NCBI GenBank assembly: GCA_030141605.1
Contig: JAQGDQ010000011.1
Coordinates: 740,066-804,065, forward strand
DNA: 64,000 bases
Direction of reading: 5' to 3'
Source of the DNA: Tubiluchus corallicola
Taxonomy: Eukaryota; Animalia; Priapulida
Of this stretch, positions 51,684-63,640 are shown piece by piece. The number at the start of each line of letters is the position of its first letter. The first letter of the stretch is position 1. The notes beneath the pieces were generated by a model. It made no database searches, was not told where the DNA came from, and was given only the letters and a program-made list of their open reading frames with translations. The position numbers and the translations under genes are program-made.

Positions 51684-51777
51684 AATCCAGGTAAAAAAGT
51701 CGCATTTAAAAAAGCCACAGAAAAAGGGAAATAACCCTAACCCTAGCTCTAGCCCTGTGACTTTATTACCGGTCACC
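51684..51777 (-). mobile_element. TTAGGG-containing element, copy 3 (internally deleted, inverted)
   Basis: Plus strand AATCCAGGTAAAAAAGTC ... TAACCCTAACCCTA ... CCTGTGACTTTATTACCGGTCACC is the reverse complement of both ends of copies 1 and 2. Confidence 0.8.
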
Positions 51778-53572
51778 AGTTTCAAGGAGCATTGTTTTTA
51801 CGAAGCGTCAATGTGAGATGTCACTGTGATTCAGTTTAAAGATAAAAAGATCTGATCTATTTGTTTCAATTTATTTTTTCTTAATTTTGCATCCTGCTAG
51901 TTGACTAGTTATTCTGTTTAATTTTAAACAGCAAGATCATATCCTCAGTACCTGGTTTCAACTATTTTTTCCAGCCCAGCCAAGAATTTACAACATAAAA
52001 GGAGACCTGCATAGTAGACGAAAACATTCACATTTAAGGAAACATTCACATTTACATTGAGTTGTTGGAATGGGTCTGGGCATTCTGCCTGGAGTCTGCT
52101 GTGCAATTTATTGACCTTTCAGTGTCCCTGGTCTGAAACTGCATGTGGGTGAAGGTGAACAATGAGTTCCCTGTTTGTGCAGGTGTGAGTAGACAATTTA
52201 TACAAAAGTGCCTGCTTTGTGTGAAGTGTATGCAGTGCCACCCTAGGCTACAATGCGAGTTGCAAAGACTGAGGAGAGCTTCATAGCATTGAGAGCTACC
52301 GGGTAATAGCCTATATAGGCCCTGTAAATCTGCCCATATAACTTACCACAATAGTCCCACAAAAGAATGTTATGAGTAATGTGGAAACTGTTACAGTTTC
52401 ACTTGGGCCAATTACAGTTTCCATATGTATTGCAAAATAAACTGTTGCTAAAATAAGATTAAATAGTTAACGACATGCAGCGTAATGGAGTTTTGTAAAT
52501 GAAATATGAAGTAAGAAAGTACTCTCCTAAAATTGTCATTTACGATCGCGCATAAGAATACTTAAAACGTAATGTACACTTGAGTCTAAAACCTTATTTT
52601 AAACAGGGTTTACCAGACATCCGTAAAGCGTTATTGCGTACGCAGCTGCTATAAACAGTCTAATAAGAATAGGAATAGAAAAAATAACGTAATAACGCTT
52701 GTCTGATAAACGGGTGCTTTGAAAACGATATAAAGTGATTCTATACGTCTGGTAAACGCCGCTTTGCCTGTGACAAAGTTTTCCCCTCAGCTGTAAATTT
52801 TCTGTCGGAAGTGGTGCTGACAAGCCACTCGCTCAACAATGTCTAGTTTTTTTGCTGGATTACTGCTGTGTTTATCTGTCTGAAGAGCAAATTTCTTTTG
52901 TTTTAGAATTCTGCCTGCTCAATGTCTATAACCGACGTGATGGAATATGACATAATACGATATGTAAATTTTCAAAATTGTAAAACAGTTATAGATGAGA
53001 AATAGTACATTTCTTAGAGAACGGCTTTTCAGTTTTTATGCGATTAAATAACAAACGTCAAAATGCATGCAAAAAATTCGGAAGTGGGTATAATGCAAAG
53101 TTCTGTAAACTCGAGAAAAGAATAATTTTGTGTAGAAAGCAAAAGTAGTAAGTAAAAGGTTAATATAGAGTAAATAATTATAAAATGTTTTTGAGGCTTT
53201 CTTCAGAGTATGTGCACACAGGAAATAACTTTATTTGTGTACAGAAAAATTCGGCACGTAAACGTTTAATTTTCAGCCCAGGAAATCGCTTGTTTGAACA
53301 GTGATTTTGTGAGCTTGTGAATAGCTTGTTTGTTTGTAGAAATTTGGGATGTCGATTATAATGGCGGTAATTTATAGGGAATGCAGATGGCCGAGTTTTC
53401 GCACAAAGCCAGTGTATAGATGCCAACTGTCATTATCGGCTAAACTTAGATTTTCAATTTAAACGGAAATTTAAGCTAGGATGTCACTGTTGAAAATCCT
53501 TTACAGTACGCACTTTGTATGTAGAAAACCTCAGTTATTTATTTTACAACCTATATTACAACTCGTAAATCT

Positions 53573-53750
53573 CCCTGTAAATAAAATGGTGATGATGATG
53601 ACACCCTGTAAATAAAATGGTGATGATGATAACACCCTGTAAATAAAATGGTGATGATGATGACAATGACTATGGTGATGACAATGATGGTGGTAATGGT
53701 GATGATGTTGATGGTGATGGCTATGATGATAATGATGATGATATTTATGA
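53573..53750. repeat. 3 x 31-bp tandem repeat grading into a (GAT/GGT)n microsatellite
   Basis: CCCTGTAAATAAAATGGTGATGATGATRACA at 53573, 53604 and 53635. Confidence 0.93.
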
Positions 53751-54580
53751 CATTAATTCATTTAATATTGTTAACGTACATTGCATTATGGACTGATAAT
53801 ACTTTAAACGAGAATCAAGGTTCGTAATTATAAAAGGCGTTTATATGAAACCTTCAACTAAAAATGTCTAATGCTGACAATTATGCGAAATTTCAAAGTG
53901 TTACACCGTTGTTAAAGTCTTGTTACACCGTTGTTAAAGTTATTTTAAACTGAACGTGAACGACTGGTCGCTTAAGTACTTTAGTTAAAAAAGTTTGTTT
54001 ATTTTAGAGTAGTGGCAGTCAAGCAATTTAGTTTCTTTGTTTTTTATATTTGTCATTTGTTTTTACTATATACGTAAACCATATAATGTAAGTAGATCTG
54101 CTTGATAAATTGTCTTAATGAAAAAAGGTATATAGTTATTTTAAATGTGAATATTCGAGACGATTTTCTGGTGGACATCTCACTAAACACCTTTCATTTT
54201 TCCGATGCTTTCTCGAGCTCATCTTAAGCATGGTATGACATTTAGCTATAAATAAGTTAATAGTTCTTAAAAAAAATTTGTAATTACTATAACTTAATTA
54301 AAAAAGCTTTAAATGTCGGTTGGTTTTGCTGCGTCAGTATAATTTGCGCAGGTTTTTACTGATATATAGATGTTTTTTATACATAGGTCTATAGCTGAAT
54401 AAAACCATATTCACCAGACTCATCATCAATCATGTATTTCGATCGAGCTTTTCAATTCAGATAGCTCTCTTTGACTTTGACTCGATTTTCTTATTCTATC
54501 TTTATCGTTCATCTGTGAGCGACATGTTAATTGAAACCGCCTGGGACGGGTTTTGCCCTGAAATCCACTTCTGGGATTCG

Positions 54581-54594
54581 GTTTCTATGGCAAC
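54581..54594. promoter_or_regulatory. RFX X-box motif in a GC-richer island
   Basis: GTTTCTATGGCAAC fits the X-box consensus; a donor-like AT|GTAAGC lies ~90 nt downstream (54683). Confidence 0.45.
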
Positions 54595-55084
54595 CGTGTT
54601 AAGATGTCTGGCGTTTTAATGCGGGCCAAGGAAGCCTGGAAGCTGTCGATGAATTCAATTTTCCCGAGCTGTCTTCTGAAATGTAAGCTTTGCTCGTTCT
54701 AGTTTAACAAACACGTAGCTTGTCTGAAGTGCGAGCTGATTTACACATTTATGTGTACTATACTTAGTGTATAAAATTTAATATTTTGTGCATAAACTTC
54801 TGTAAACCGCGATTGAAGTCTACCAATAGTTGCAGTGCTCTTACTGTTATCATCATGGGCAAGTTAGCAGCTAGATTATTTAGAGGTGGCTACAAAAAAA
54901 ACTAATTTGTCTCCTTATAATATAATTTGCAGAACATAAAATTGTAAATGATAATACAAATTACTGAATTATAAATTAACATACATGTAGTAGCTTGGAT
55001 AATTTGTAAAAAAAAACATAATAAAGTCGTGTACTGTATTTCCCTTGATCTTTGCGCGGCTTCTGCTCCTTAGCATAGTTTGCT

Positions 55085-55245
55085 GGCGTGGCAATCGATC
55101 GGTGCGCTATAAATAGAACGGCGGCCATTACCGCTGTGGTTGGACTCGCCTTTTGGGCGTGGCTCGGCTCGGCATCACTTTTATGTTAGGTTACGTGTAG
55201 GCGGAGTTTACTTAAATTACCCTAAAGGGCGGAGAACACGTGCTT
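55085..55245. promoter_or_regulatory. Candidate internal promoter/enhancer
   Basis: CTATAAATAG (TATA/MEF2, 55107-55116), GCGGCCATT (YY1-like, 55121), GC boxes GGGCGTGGC (55155), AGGCGGAG (55199) and GGGCGGAG (55227), TACGTG (55192) and CACGTG (55237), all in a CpG-rich patch. Confidence 0.5.
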
Positions 55246-56037
55246 ACTTACCTTGCTTACAGCCATGTGTTCGTCAGAATAACTTCTAGTAAAGTATAAA
55301 ATGAGACTCATTTGCACCTTCAGCTGATGATAGCTGTGTATATTGTACAGAAAATTGTTTTGTCAAATTGCTTGCAGACAATATAGTTATATATCTAAAA
55401 AAACCATTTGTATGCGAGGTGATTACTGTTTATTTGTGTATTCTTGAAAAGGTAGTGTGTTTTTGTGTTACTCGTAGGTTTATTCAAATACTAAAGTTTG
55501 GTGTATTTGATGATTGTATTGAATACTAGGGAATGAATCCGGTTAGAAAACGTAGAAATTTTAATATATGATTGGGGGGTTTAACATAAAGAATTTTACT
55601 ACAAAAGTAATTCTGTGCAATATTTTTTATTCAGTGTAAGAAAAACTGAAAATACGTACGTACAATGATAAAGCCTTGACCGATCTGAACAGGCCTTTTG
55701 TGCTGTAAAATATAGCCTTTTCGTTATTAATTATGTTTGAATTCTGCGTCAATGTCATAGTCAAGTGACCATTTGACTAAGAAAAAAGAATTCGGCCTAC
55801 AGCTCTAAAAACCATTTTACGTGCTGCTAATTACATATTGACTGGTTTTCCTCGCCGGTTTAATAAGCTTCGTGTCAGCGTCTCCACGGCGCGTTCCATT
55901 TCGGTTTATTGTTCAACTCCTTGCACACATTTTATATTATGCTTTTTTCTAGCGCTTTCGTACTAGTAAATTTGGCGCATTTCGAAATGTTATGCCATTT
56001 TAAAACTATCGTGTGCACAGCTCAGACAGTGATTAGT

Positions 56038-56120
56038 TGATGGTGGTGAGTGTGATGATGATGATGGTGGTGGTGGTGGCAGTAACAGCGACGGCAGTGG
56101 TGATGATGCTAGTGGTGATA
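56038..56120. repeat. (GAT/GGT)n low-complexity tract
   Basis: Direct reading. Confidence 0.8.
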
Positions 56121-57190
56121 CGTGATACTAAATCTTTATTGGTCTTGTAAGTTGGCCTTTATGTGTTGTAATTACGTAAGAATGATTATACCCGCACGTT
56201 ATTTTGATAAGTCTGCGTGGGTAAATGAAGCAGCAGCAGTTTGATTATATGATTTGAGTGTGGAATTGAACATGTTTATCGTGCACTCTGCACGAAAAAA
56301 GCAATCACGTTGCTGTCTACGTTTTTCTAAATACGTAAATCCGTAGTTCAGAGTGCTTGTTATACTTCTAAATGTTGCAGTGTTGATTTTTTCACGTTTA
56401 TTCCTTGGTGTATAATCTGCAATGCCGTGATGAAAAGAGTTATTGCTAGAAAGTAGAAACTTGCTGCAGGAAATGCGAAACTCGTCGTAGAGAAGGGAGG
56501 GAAAGGCATGTAATGAAAGCTCTGGAACGTGAACTAACATCTATTTGGTTTATACTTAAAGCAACTTTAGTTACCCAGACGTGCAATCTGATTTATCTAC
56601 AAAGTGAACGTGCTTTCAAAAGTAGGTCTACAAATACATGTTATTAACCCTCGCCCTAGGCTAAAATGTAACTATGGGGTGTCTGCTGATTACTGCTCCG
56701 CCATTTCCTTTGTTAGGGCTCTGGATGATTGTACACTGAAAATGCATTTTAAATTAAATGTACACAATCTTTGGTGGCTTATCAAGTATTAAATGTATAT
56801 TTAGGAGTATCTGTGAATATTTTGCAACCGTGTACCAGTTTTTTTGCTTTTTGAGCCATCAACACTTTTATAAAGTTACTGGTGGATACTGTCTTGTTAA
56901 GTTAAATCTTAGCCTATCAGAATATTTTTTAATGCTTCTGAGATTATTTAAGCTAAATTTGAAACTTTTTTCAGTTGGATCTAGGTGTAACATGTAATCT
57001 GTAACTGACATTTGTTTATTTAACCAGCTTACTCTCTACATTATAATATTACTCTAATTATAAAGTTGCACGGACTAGTACAATAACACATTCTCATACG
57101 TCTAAAGTATATTTGAAGTTAATTTTGTTGTAAACAGTTGATAAAAACACAAATGAGTTTCTGTTTTTATCAATTAATTCGTTTTTAATT

Positions 57191-58159
57191 TCAATTTATT
57201 CTCGGTAAAGTAATTATGCAAATTATCATTGTTATGTCGGGTAATGAAATTCTGTTAGATTTGGATGTTTTAGATCTAGAATTAGATGTTTCAAGAGCAT
57301 TGGTGGCAGCTGCAATTTCACTATAATACTGTGCACGGTCAATCCAGTTCATATAATAAGAAGGTTTTACAGCTGTGTTAACTGTCAGCTCATCCAAATC
57401 TGCCTCTAGTGGAGCAGTAAAGGATTTCTGAGTGCCAATCACTTCTCCTGTCCTGTCTAATACCCATAGTCCACCCGAGTCGCCCCAGCCACCACTGTGC
57501 CATGGACGATATGCACAAACCATAACTGTTGGGTGATATCGCCCGCAGTCACCCCTTGTAGTAACTGTTAGTGTCACTTTCTGCAAATGAGTGTAAAGAT
57601 AATCTGGTACGCCTTGAATTCCGTGAAGAAATCCCCATCCTACGAAAGTAACATCTTCAATAATGTAAGAAGCACTAAGGTTACAAACAGACAGTCTAGC
57701 AGGCTGAATATCATTTGTGAACTCGACAAGTTCATTCATTCGCACAAGAGCAATATCATGATAAAACCAGCCCGCCCAGTTGAAGTTAACTTAGAATGAC
57801 GGAATGAGTCAAGTGACAATGCTTCAAGCGAGTAATAAATCATTGTTTTTTCTTCATTTTTGTACCAAGACATGATAATAGCTTCTAATATGTTTTATTG
57901 GTAATGACGTTTCGAGATTGTTCGAATCTCTTTCGCAGACATAACAGCTGCAGGTTATCAAAATAATAAGTTCCAGCGATGATCGTGAAAAGGTCAAAGG
58001 TTAAGTGAACCAGATTTGTGTACTCAACGCCTGGCAGCCCATGCCACTGTAATAGTAAAGGTTTTAACAGCTAGCTAGAACCTTACCTAATTCATTTTTT
58101 CTTGTTCCAAAGCAAGATCCTGCTAGTAAATCACTCACTTTATGCACAGACTAATGCAT
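57191..58159 (-). pseudogene. Nested antisense trypsin/chymotrypsin-family (S1A) serine protease gene, probably a pseudogene or a catalytically dead homologue
   Basis: The open frame 57790-57191 (199 aa) has HDIAL (Asp102, 57757-57755), IQPARL, FVGWG, LQKV, C..C (C168/C182), GDSGG (57484-57470), YMNWI and a hydrophobic C-tail. Upstream are a frameshifted RHSK-x-N (HPxYN-like), out-of-frame FTIIAGTY, and a decayed signal-peptide-like exon MH*SVHKVSDLLAGSCFG ending at G|GTAAGG (58087/58086). No IVGG or TAAHC motif was found. Confidence 0.8.
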
Positions 58160-61100
58160 AGTTAAGTAAAGTTCATGTAAGACAACTGAAGTTTACTGAA
58201 CTGATACAGCAGACGGCTTTGTTTTACACTCATGTCACGTGACGGTTGTAGTTAAGACGCATTGCTGTAGAACACGTAATCTTTGACCTACAGCAACTAC
58301 GGGTGCGTAAAATGGAACTGTGAATAGGCTTATTAAAATGAAGTACTTTACAAAATGATAAGTTAAATTAATAGCGATAAATTTAAAACTATTGTTATTC
58401 TTTAAAAGTTTTAATTTTTCATCTATCAGTAGAGTTCTATTCTTTTGTTTTTTCCAAGTAGCCAAAGCAATGAGTCGGGTAGTCTTTAAGAACAGAGAAA
58501 ACAAGAAAAATCATTATTAGAATGATCTACGAAGATATAATAAGGTTTCATGAATCTCATTACTTTTATTACACCAGGCTTTTTTTGAAATTTCATAATC
58601 AATGCTTTCTAGCAGAAAACGCATTACGTATGCCTAGCATTTGCTGTCCAAACTATTTTACGTTTGACTATATTAGTTTTAATAAATTTATAAAGACTTG
58701 CGTTCTCACTACAGTGCACTGTGACTGAGCAGGTATTACAATCTGTATTCATACGTATTTATATACGGTTTTATTTTTCGGCTTTTGTTTCGTATCAGTT
58801 TCCGTTTGCTAATTTTGATGCTTATCCTGGTGTTTGTGAATCATATGTAATTAAATTTTTTATCAAGTACCTCATTTTGGCTGCGCCAAACAGTTCCAGA
58901 TATCGGCTTTTTCGATGTTATGACTGCTTAACTTAAAGCTGGCGCCAAGGCACTTGATAATCAAACTTCCTGCACTTGTGCTAATTTCTGACATATCCGA
59001 CTGCGAACACGAGCAAGCGGAGCCTCCAAGGCTGCAATCCTCTGTGGCCAGTCATGTGTGTTGCGTAACCCACAGGCCATTTGCCTACAAGAAAAGTATT
59101 CCTGAATTACTAGTTTGGCAGATCTGCCATCAGACTGGCTTGTTTGATTCTTTGTGTATGGATTACGCTGTTTGTCTCAAATGTTCTTAAGCTTTGTGTG
59201 GAGTTCTGTCTTGGATGACCTTGTGTTCAACTTTCTTGGACTTGGGTATTTACTGCGTTTGATAAAAGATTAACCTTCTCCACAGCTTCAGTCTCACAAA
59301 TTGCATTGTTGTTAAAAAGGTAGGTATATAGTTCTTAGTTAGTTAGTTACCTAGTTTTTTTATTGAAATTAACACCGGCAAAATACACTATAAAATTAAC
59401 CATCTTACAAAAATGTCCATCTTGCATGCTTATAGAGTTAGAGCGCGTAATAAACCAAATTTTATCTACTTTACCATTTAATTAAATTCAAGACTTTGTA
59501 CGAAAACACGAAAAGTAATTTGTTGAGTTCATTAAATCAAACAGATTACTAAATGACTGGTTTCTAAAATGTTCAGTAAGTTGACAATCTAACAACACAT
59601 GTTTCTCATCTTGTATATCTCAGCCACGTACACAAAGCCTTTCATTATATGGAATTCTACTCCATCTACCAGTTTCCACTTTTAAACGATGGTATGACAA
59701 TCTCATACGGGAAAGTGCTATTCTACAATGTTGCATTCTTACGTACTAGTTAGATAATAAAATGTGAAAATTCATTTTTTTAACACAATATCTTCGTCAC
59801 TGTGTGCGACCCAAAACAACAGTTCTAAATAAGCCTGTTTTTATATACTGTCTTCTGTGAAGTTGCCTTTTTCTGAGATACAATTTTGTAAAAAACTGAA
59901 TCGTTTTATTGAAACATTTATTTTTGCAAAATCTTGTATAAATGTTAAAAGGGGTCCCAACGAGTCTCACTTTAATAAAAAAATGAGATCCGTAACTTGT
60001 CCATTTCGAAACTCATGTAATCGATTAGATTTTTCCTGTCGTTTTCTTTAACAAAATACATCTTTTTCTCTCTTGTCACTTCAGTAAAAATAAACTTCAT
60101 GGTACAACAAAAACAAAAGTAGTACTCCATTATTAGCTGCTCAATTTCTTCCCCAGGGGCTGTACAAAGAGCTCGATTCTCCATAGAGAACATGGGAACT
60201 CGCCCGCAAAACAGCTCTCGAATGTGGTGTGGGGGGGGGAAGCTTACGTAAAATAGAGTTATGCAAAAATAATGATGAAAATTTTAGATCGTGGAGTGAT
60301 CAGTTACTGTAAATTAAAACAAAAAAATATTACGTGACCGTGTTTTTTCTCCCATTCTTTTGTAGTTGATCGATATAACAGTGTTCAAAATGACTTGTCA
60401 CTCTAATGCATTTTGTATTTGCTTACTCGGCAAGTTTTTTTTAACTGCTTCAGCCATTCACCATAGAAGTGGTTCAAGCGGATGTCGATGTTTTTTCATC
60501 AAGCGAGAATTCGGCTCAGTGGTCAGTTATTTATAGACTGTTTCTGTGCCCCTGTATTCTGTTTACGTGTATAGAAAGAACGGGTTTATTTCCTGTTTAT
60601 ATCTTCCAACTATAATCTAGACTGCACTGGAAATTTTCCCACTAATGCACTAATAAAAAAGATTGCGGACCAGTTTTTGATCCATGGCCTGTTCTCTAAT
60701 TTGTAAGTTTGAGCCTTAGCTGCTGTTAACCGTGCGTCCTTTTATTCAGAGAACGAACAAAGCTGCTTTGTGCAATGCAAAAACCGAAATGAATAAATAT
60801 TAAAATTTACATACTTCAATTACTTTTTTATTGAGGATCTCAGCCGTTTGAATTTTAATGCAAAGATTAATCTGCCTGAACATCCTTAAACAATTAATTA
60901 TCTGTTAGCTAATCTGTGGGGATCATGCCACATCTTCGATTATAAAAAAGTAATACCCATGTCAATTAGTAGAAGTGGTACCTTTATTGACTATTAGAAA
61001 AACACAATATGCATTAACAAAAGACAGTAAATACAGTAGCCTATGACAGTCAAAAAATACTTAAACTCCTGTAACAATATAACAAGAAACAGCTTGGGTA

Positions 61101-62525
61101 TATTGTATAGTAGTGTATTCCATTCAGCCACTTCGCGACAATAAGTGTAATAGGGGGAGCCAAAAAGTTATGTTCACTGACACTAGCCTTGAAATTTTAA
61201 ACATACACATCGTAAGACATTCTGCGAAGATCCTTTTATTACTCTTTAAATTGCGTTGTCTGAGAAACCGTCGTCTGAAACCTTCGTTCTTAAATGTCTT
61301 CCTATCTCTCATTCTCTCTCGTAAGCATCCTTGGCGTGTTGGATGGAAATTTTTGCATCATCTAACATCCTGCACTGCATGTCTGTTTTAAGTTTGCACT
61401 TTGACATTGCCGTTCACATGAGCTTTTCTTTGTTCCTTTTAATACTAGGTCTGCAGGGCCTGCCTGCGGTCGAATTCTGTTCCAGCATTATGAATCTGTC
61501 AGAGTTTTTACAAGCGCTCATAAATCGTGCTTCGCCAACGCCTAATGGTAGTTGTAAACTAGCATATTGACCATTATTAGGCGGTAGTTGTCATTTCAGA
61601 TATATCCGTGACAGCTTGTTAACTTGTTTCGTGCACTCATTGCTGTAGTTTCCTCTCTCGTCCTGCCCTTCTGAATTTCAACACTTTGCTTGAACTTTTG
61701 CCGTAGAACCAAGCTCAATTTTTCAGCTTGTTGTACATGTATTTTCATTACTGCCTACTGAAAATTAATTCCGTGCAGTACTACAATACACTTCCTTATT
61801 GATTTTTAAGTCAAGGCTCTGAAGCTTGAGCGTGACTTGAGTACGTTGATCGCACTTACCCTTTGATTGCCCTTCCAGAGAACCTTCTTTCTCTACCCAT
61901 TGATTTCTCCGTGTTGAGTGTCAAACTTGACAAACAAGGACTTTGGTCAATAAACTAGCTAGAATATTTTCCCACTAAAAGAGTCAAATCGATTGAGTTC
62001 ACTGCTCAGTAGGGGTACGGGGTACACGTGAAAGGTTTTAGAGAGACTGCAATTAGTGGCTCCACCTGCCAGGGGGGATAATGGTAATCATGTCCCGCAT
62101 TCATTTTTCTGTCAGTGCAGGTAATAGCTGCTAGGGCTGAATTAACCTCATTTGCCAGAGCTGCCTTTAATAAAAGCTGTGCACAAAGGTGTTGGCTTGA
62201 TAAATGAATTTCTGTTCATCAGTATTACCTAGCGCCAATGTCAAATTGCACAGTGAATAAGTGCATATACCCTCATAGTGGGTATAGCAGTAACAGTCAA
62301 GTGGAGATTGAGGTTTTAGTAAGCGCAGTCAAGGTTGTCTGTTAATATATTTGAAATGTGGTGACCCTGAGTCGTTTAGAACAAAAGTGTTAATTACTTA
62401 TGCTGTCAAGACAGAATGAGGATGTGAATTTTTTGCAATTGTTGAAAACTCTTCATATTTTTGTGAATTGAAATTAAGAATAATAACTTATAAAATAAGT
62501 GACAGTAACCGATTATTGTTAAAAG

Positions 62526-62608
62526 ATATAATGGAATCATTTGAAGCTATTGAAATTTAATATTTATATAATGGAATCATTTGAAGCTATTGAAATTTAA
62601 TATTTATA
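62526..62608. repeat. Perfect tandem duplication, 2 x 40 bp
   Basis: ATATAATGGAATCATTTGAAGCTATTGAAATTTAATATTT at 62526 and 62566. Confidence 0.95.
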
Positions 62609-63039
62609 GCCTTGTGACAAATTTGACATTGTTACTAATTTATTGTTTTTGTACAAATTTGTAACCACTGTGTTATGCCACCACCATTCAGTATACATTT
62701 CAGCTGTGTATATAGTAGATAACATACTGTAAGGAGATTAAGATTGATAACTTTGTGTCATTGCAATGAAGTACATTATAAAATGTTAAAAGCTATATTT
62801 AAGACAGTGTTGTAAATTTATATTGTGAAGGATTTATTGATCGTTTTCTGTTTTTGGCATCTGTTCATCATAACATGTGAAAAACTGAATTTAGCTTGCC
62901 TGATATGCAGGCATTTGTGACGTAACCTGTAATTTATACTGAAATAATTTGAAATGATTTATAATAAATTATAGATATATCTGGGCCTTCCTTTCAGCTG
63001 TGGCTGAAATGGTGAATAGTGAAGAGAAATTTCACTCGC

Positions 63040-63640
63040 TTTCCATTTTACCAGCGCGTAAAAAGTCGGTCAGGCGTTCTCATTGAAATTAATGTTGGTT
63101 TGATATTAAACTGGACCATTGACAGGTGAGACGCGAAAGTTGGCAATTTTTCCGCTGTATTTCGCAATGATTTATGACCGCGCGCGGCAGTTAAATTGCC
63201 GTTTTTATGATCGCGCGTAAATTGCGGATACACAATAGTCCGCGCCTGGAATGACTGCTTTATAAACAGTGTCGGAAAAAGTGGTGAGACGAGGCGAAGA
63301 AGTTTAAACGCCAGGGATAGCAGCTTGTATAGAGTTGAGGCTTTTTGGGTGTCACGTGTCACGAAAACATTCCAGGAATGCGTGACATGTGTGTGACAGG
63401 TCTCAGTCTTTCGGTGATTTTCATCAGTGCAAAAAAAACAACAGCTGCGGTGTGTGCCCAGTGTAGAGTGACGTATTTTCGAGTGGTTTTCTAATTGGTA
63501 TGTGGGCAGAGGTGCTGTTGAAACCGAATAAAAGTGTAGGCCTCGCTCGATGTTGTGCTCCTTTCAACTGAAACTTCCAGAATTTGCTAGTAATAGTAAA
63601 GCACGTTTGTGGGTGAACTACGAAAGCGATGCGGATGGAT
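63040..63640. promoter_or_regulatory. CpG-rich island, candidate alternative promoter or enhancer
   Basis: Visibly dense CpG (CCGCGCGGC, TCGCGCG, CCGCGCC), GTCACGTGTCACG E-box-like motif, and a donor-like TG|GTATGT near 63498. Confidence 0.35.

Noticed and set aside
43379-51745. Telomere or chromosome-fusion scar from TTAGGG units
   Set aside because: Only 2-4 imperfect units, always embedded within the same dispersed element.
53573-53665. CRISPR-like array from 31-bp repeats
   Set aside because: Repeats are contiguous with no unique spacers; eukaryotic context and no cas genes.
57743-57745. GTG start of the listed 184-aa ORF
   Set aside because: The frame is open further upstream through HDIAL to 57790; the start is an ORF-caller artefact.
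14985-61905. Stop-codon recoding or RNA editing rescuing the interrupted coding-like islands
   Set aside because: All three stop types and frameshifts occur, no SECIS or other recoding signal is evident, and ADAL uses TGA as a normal stop; decay or chance is simpler.
8640-62126. Recursive (ratchet) splice sites in the giant intron, e.g. TAG|GTAATG ~8651, TAG|GTAATG ~24719, CAG|GTAATA ~62120
   Set aside because: None combines a strong pyrimidine tract with AG|GTAAGT; indistinguishable from chance without saw-tooth nascent RNA-seq data.
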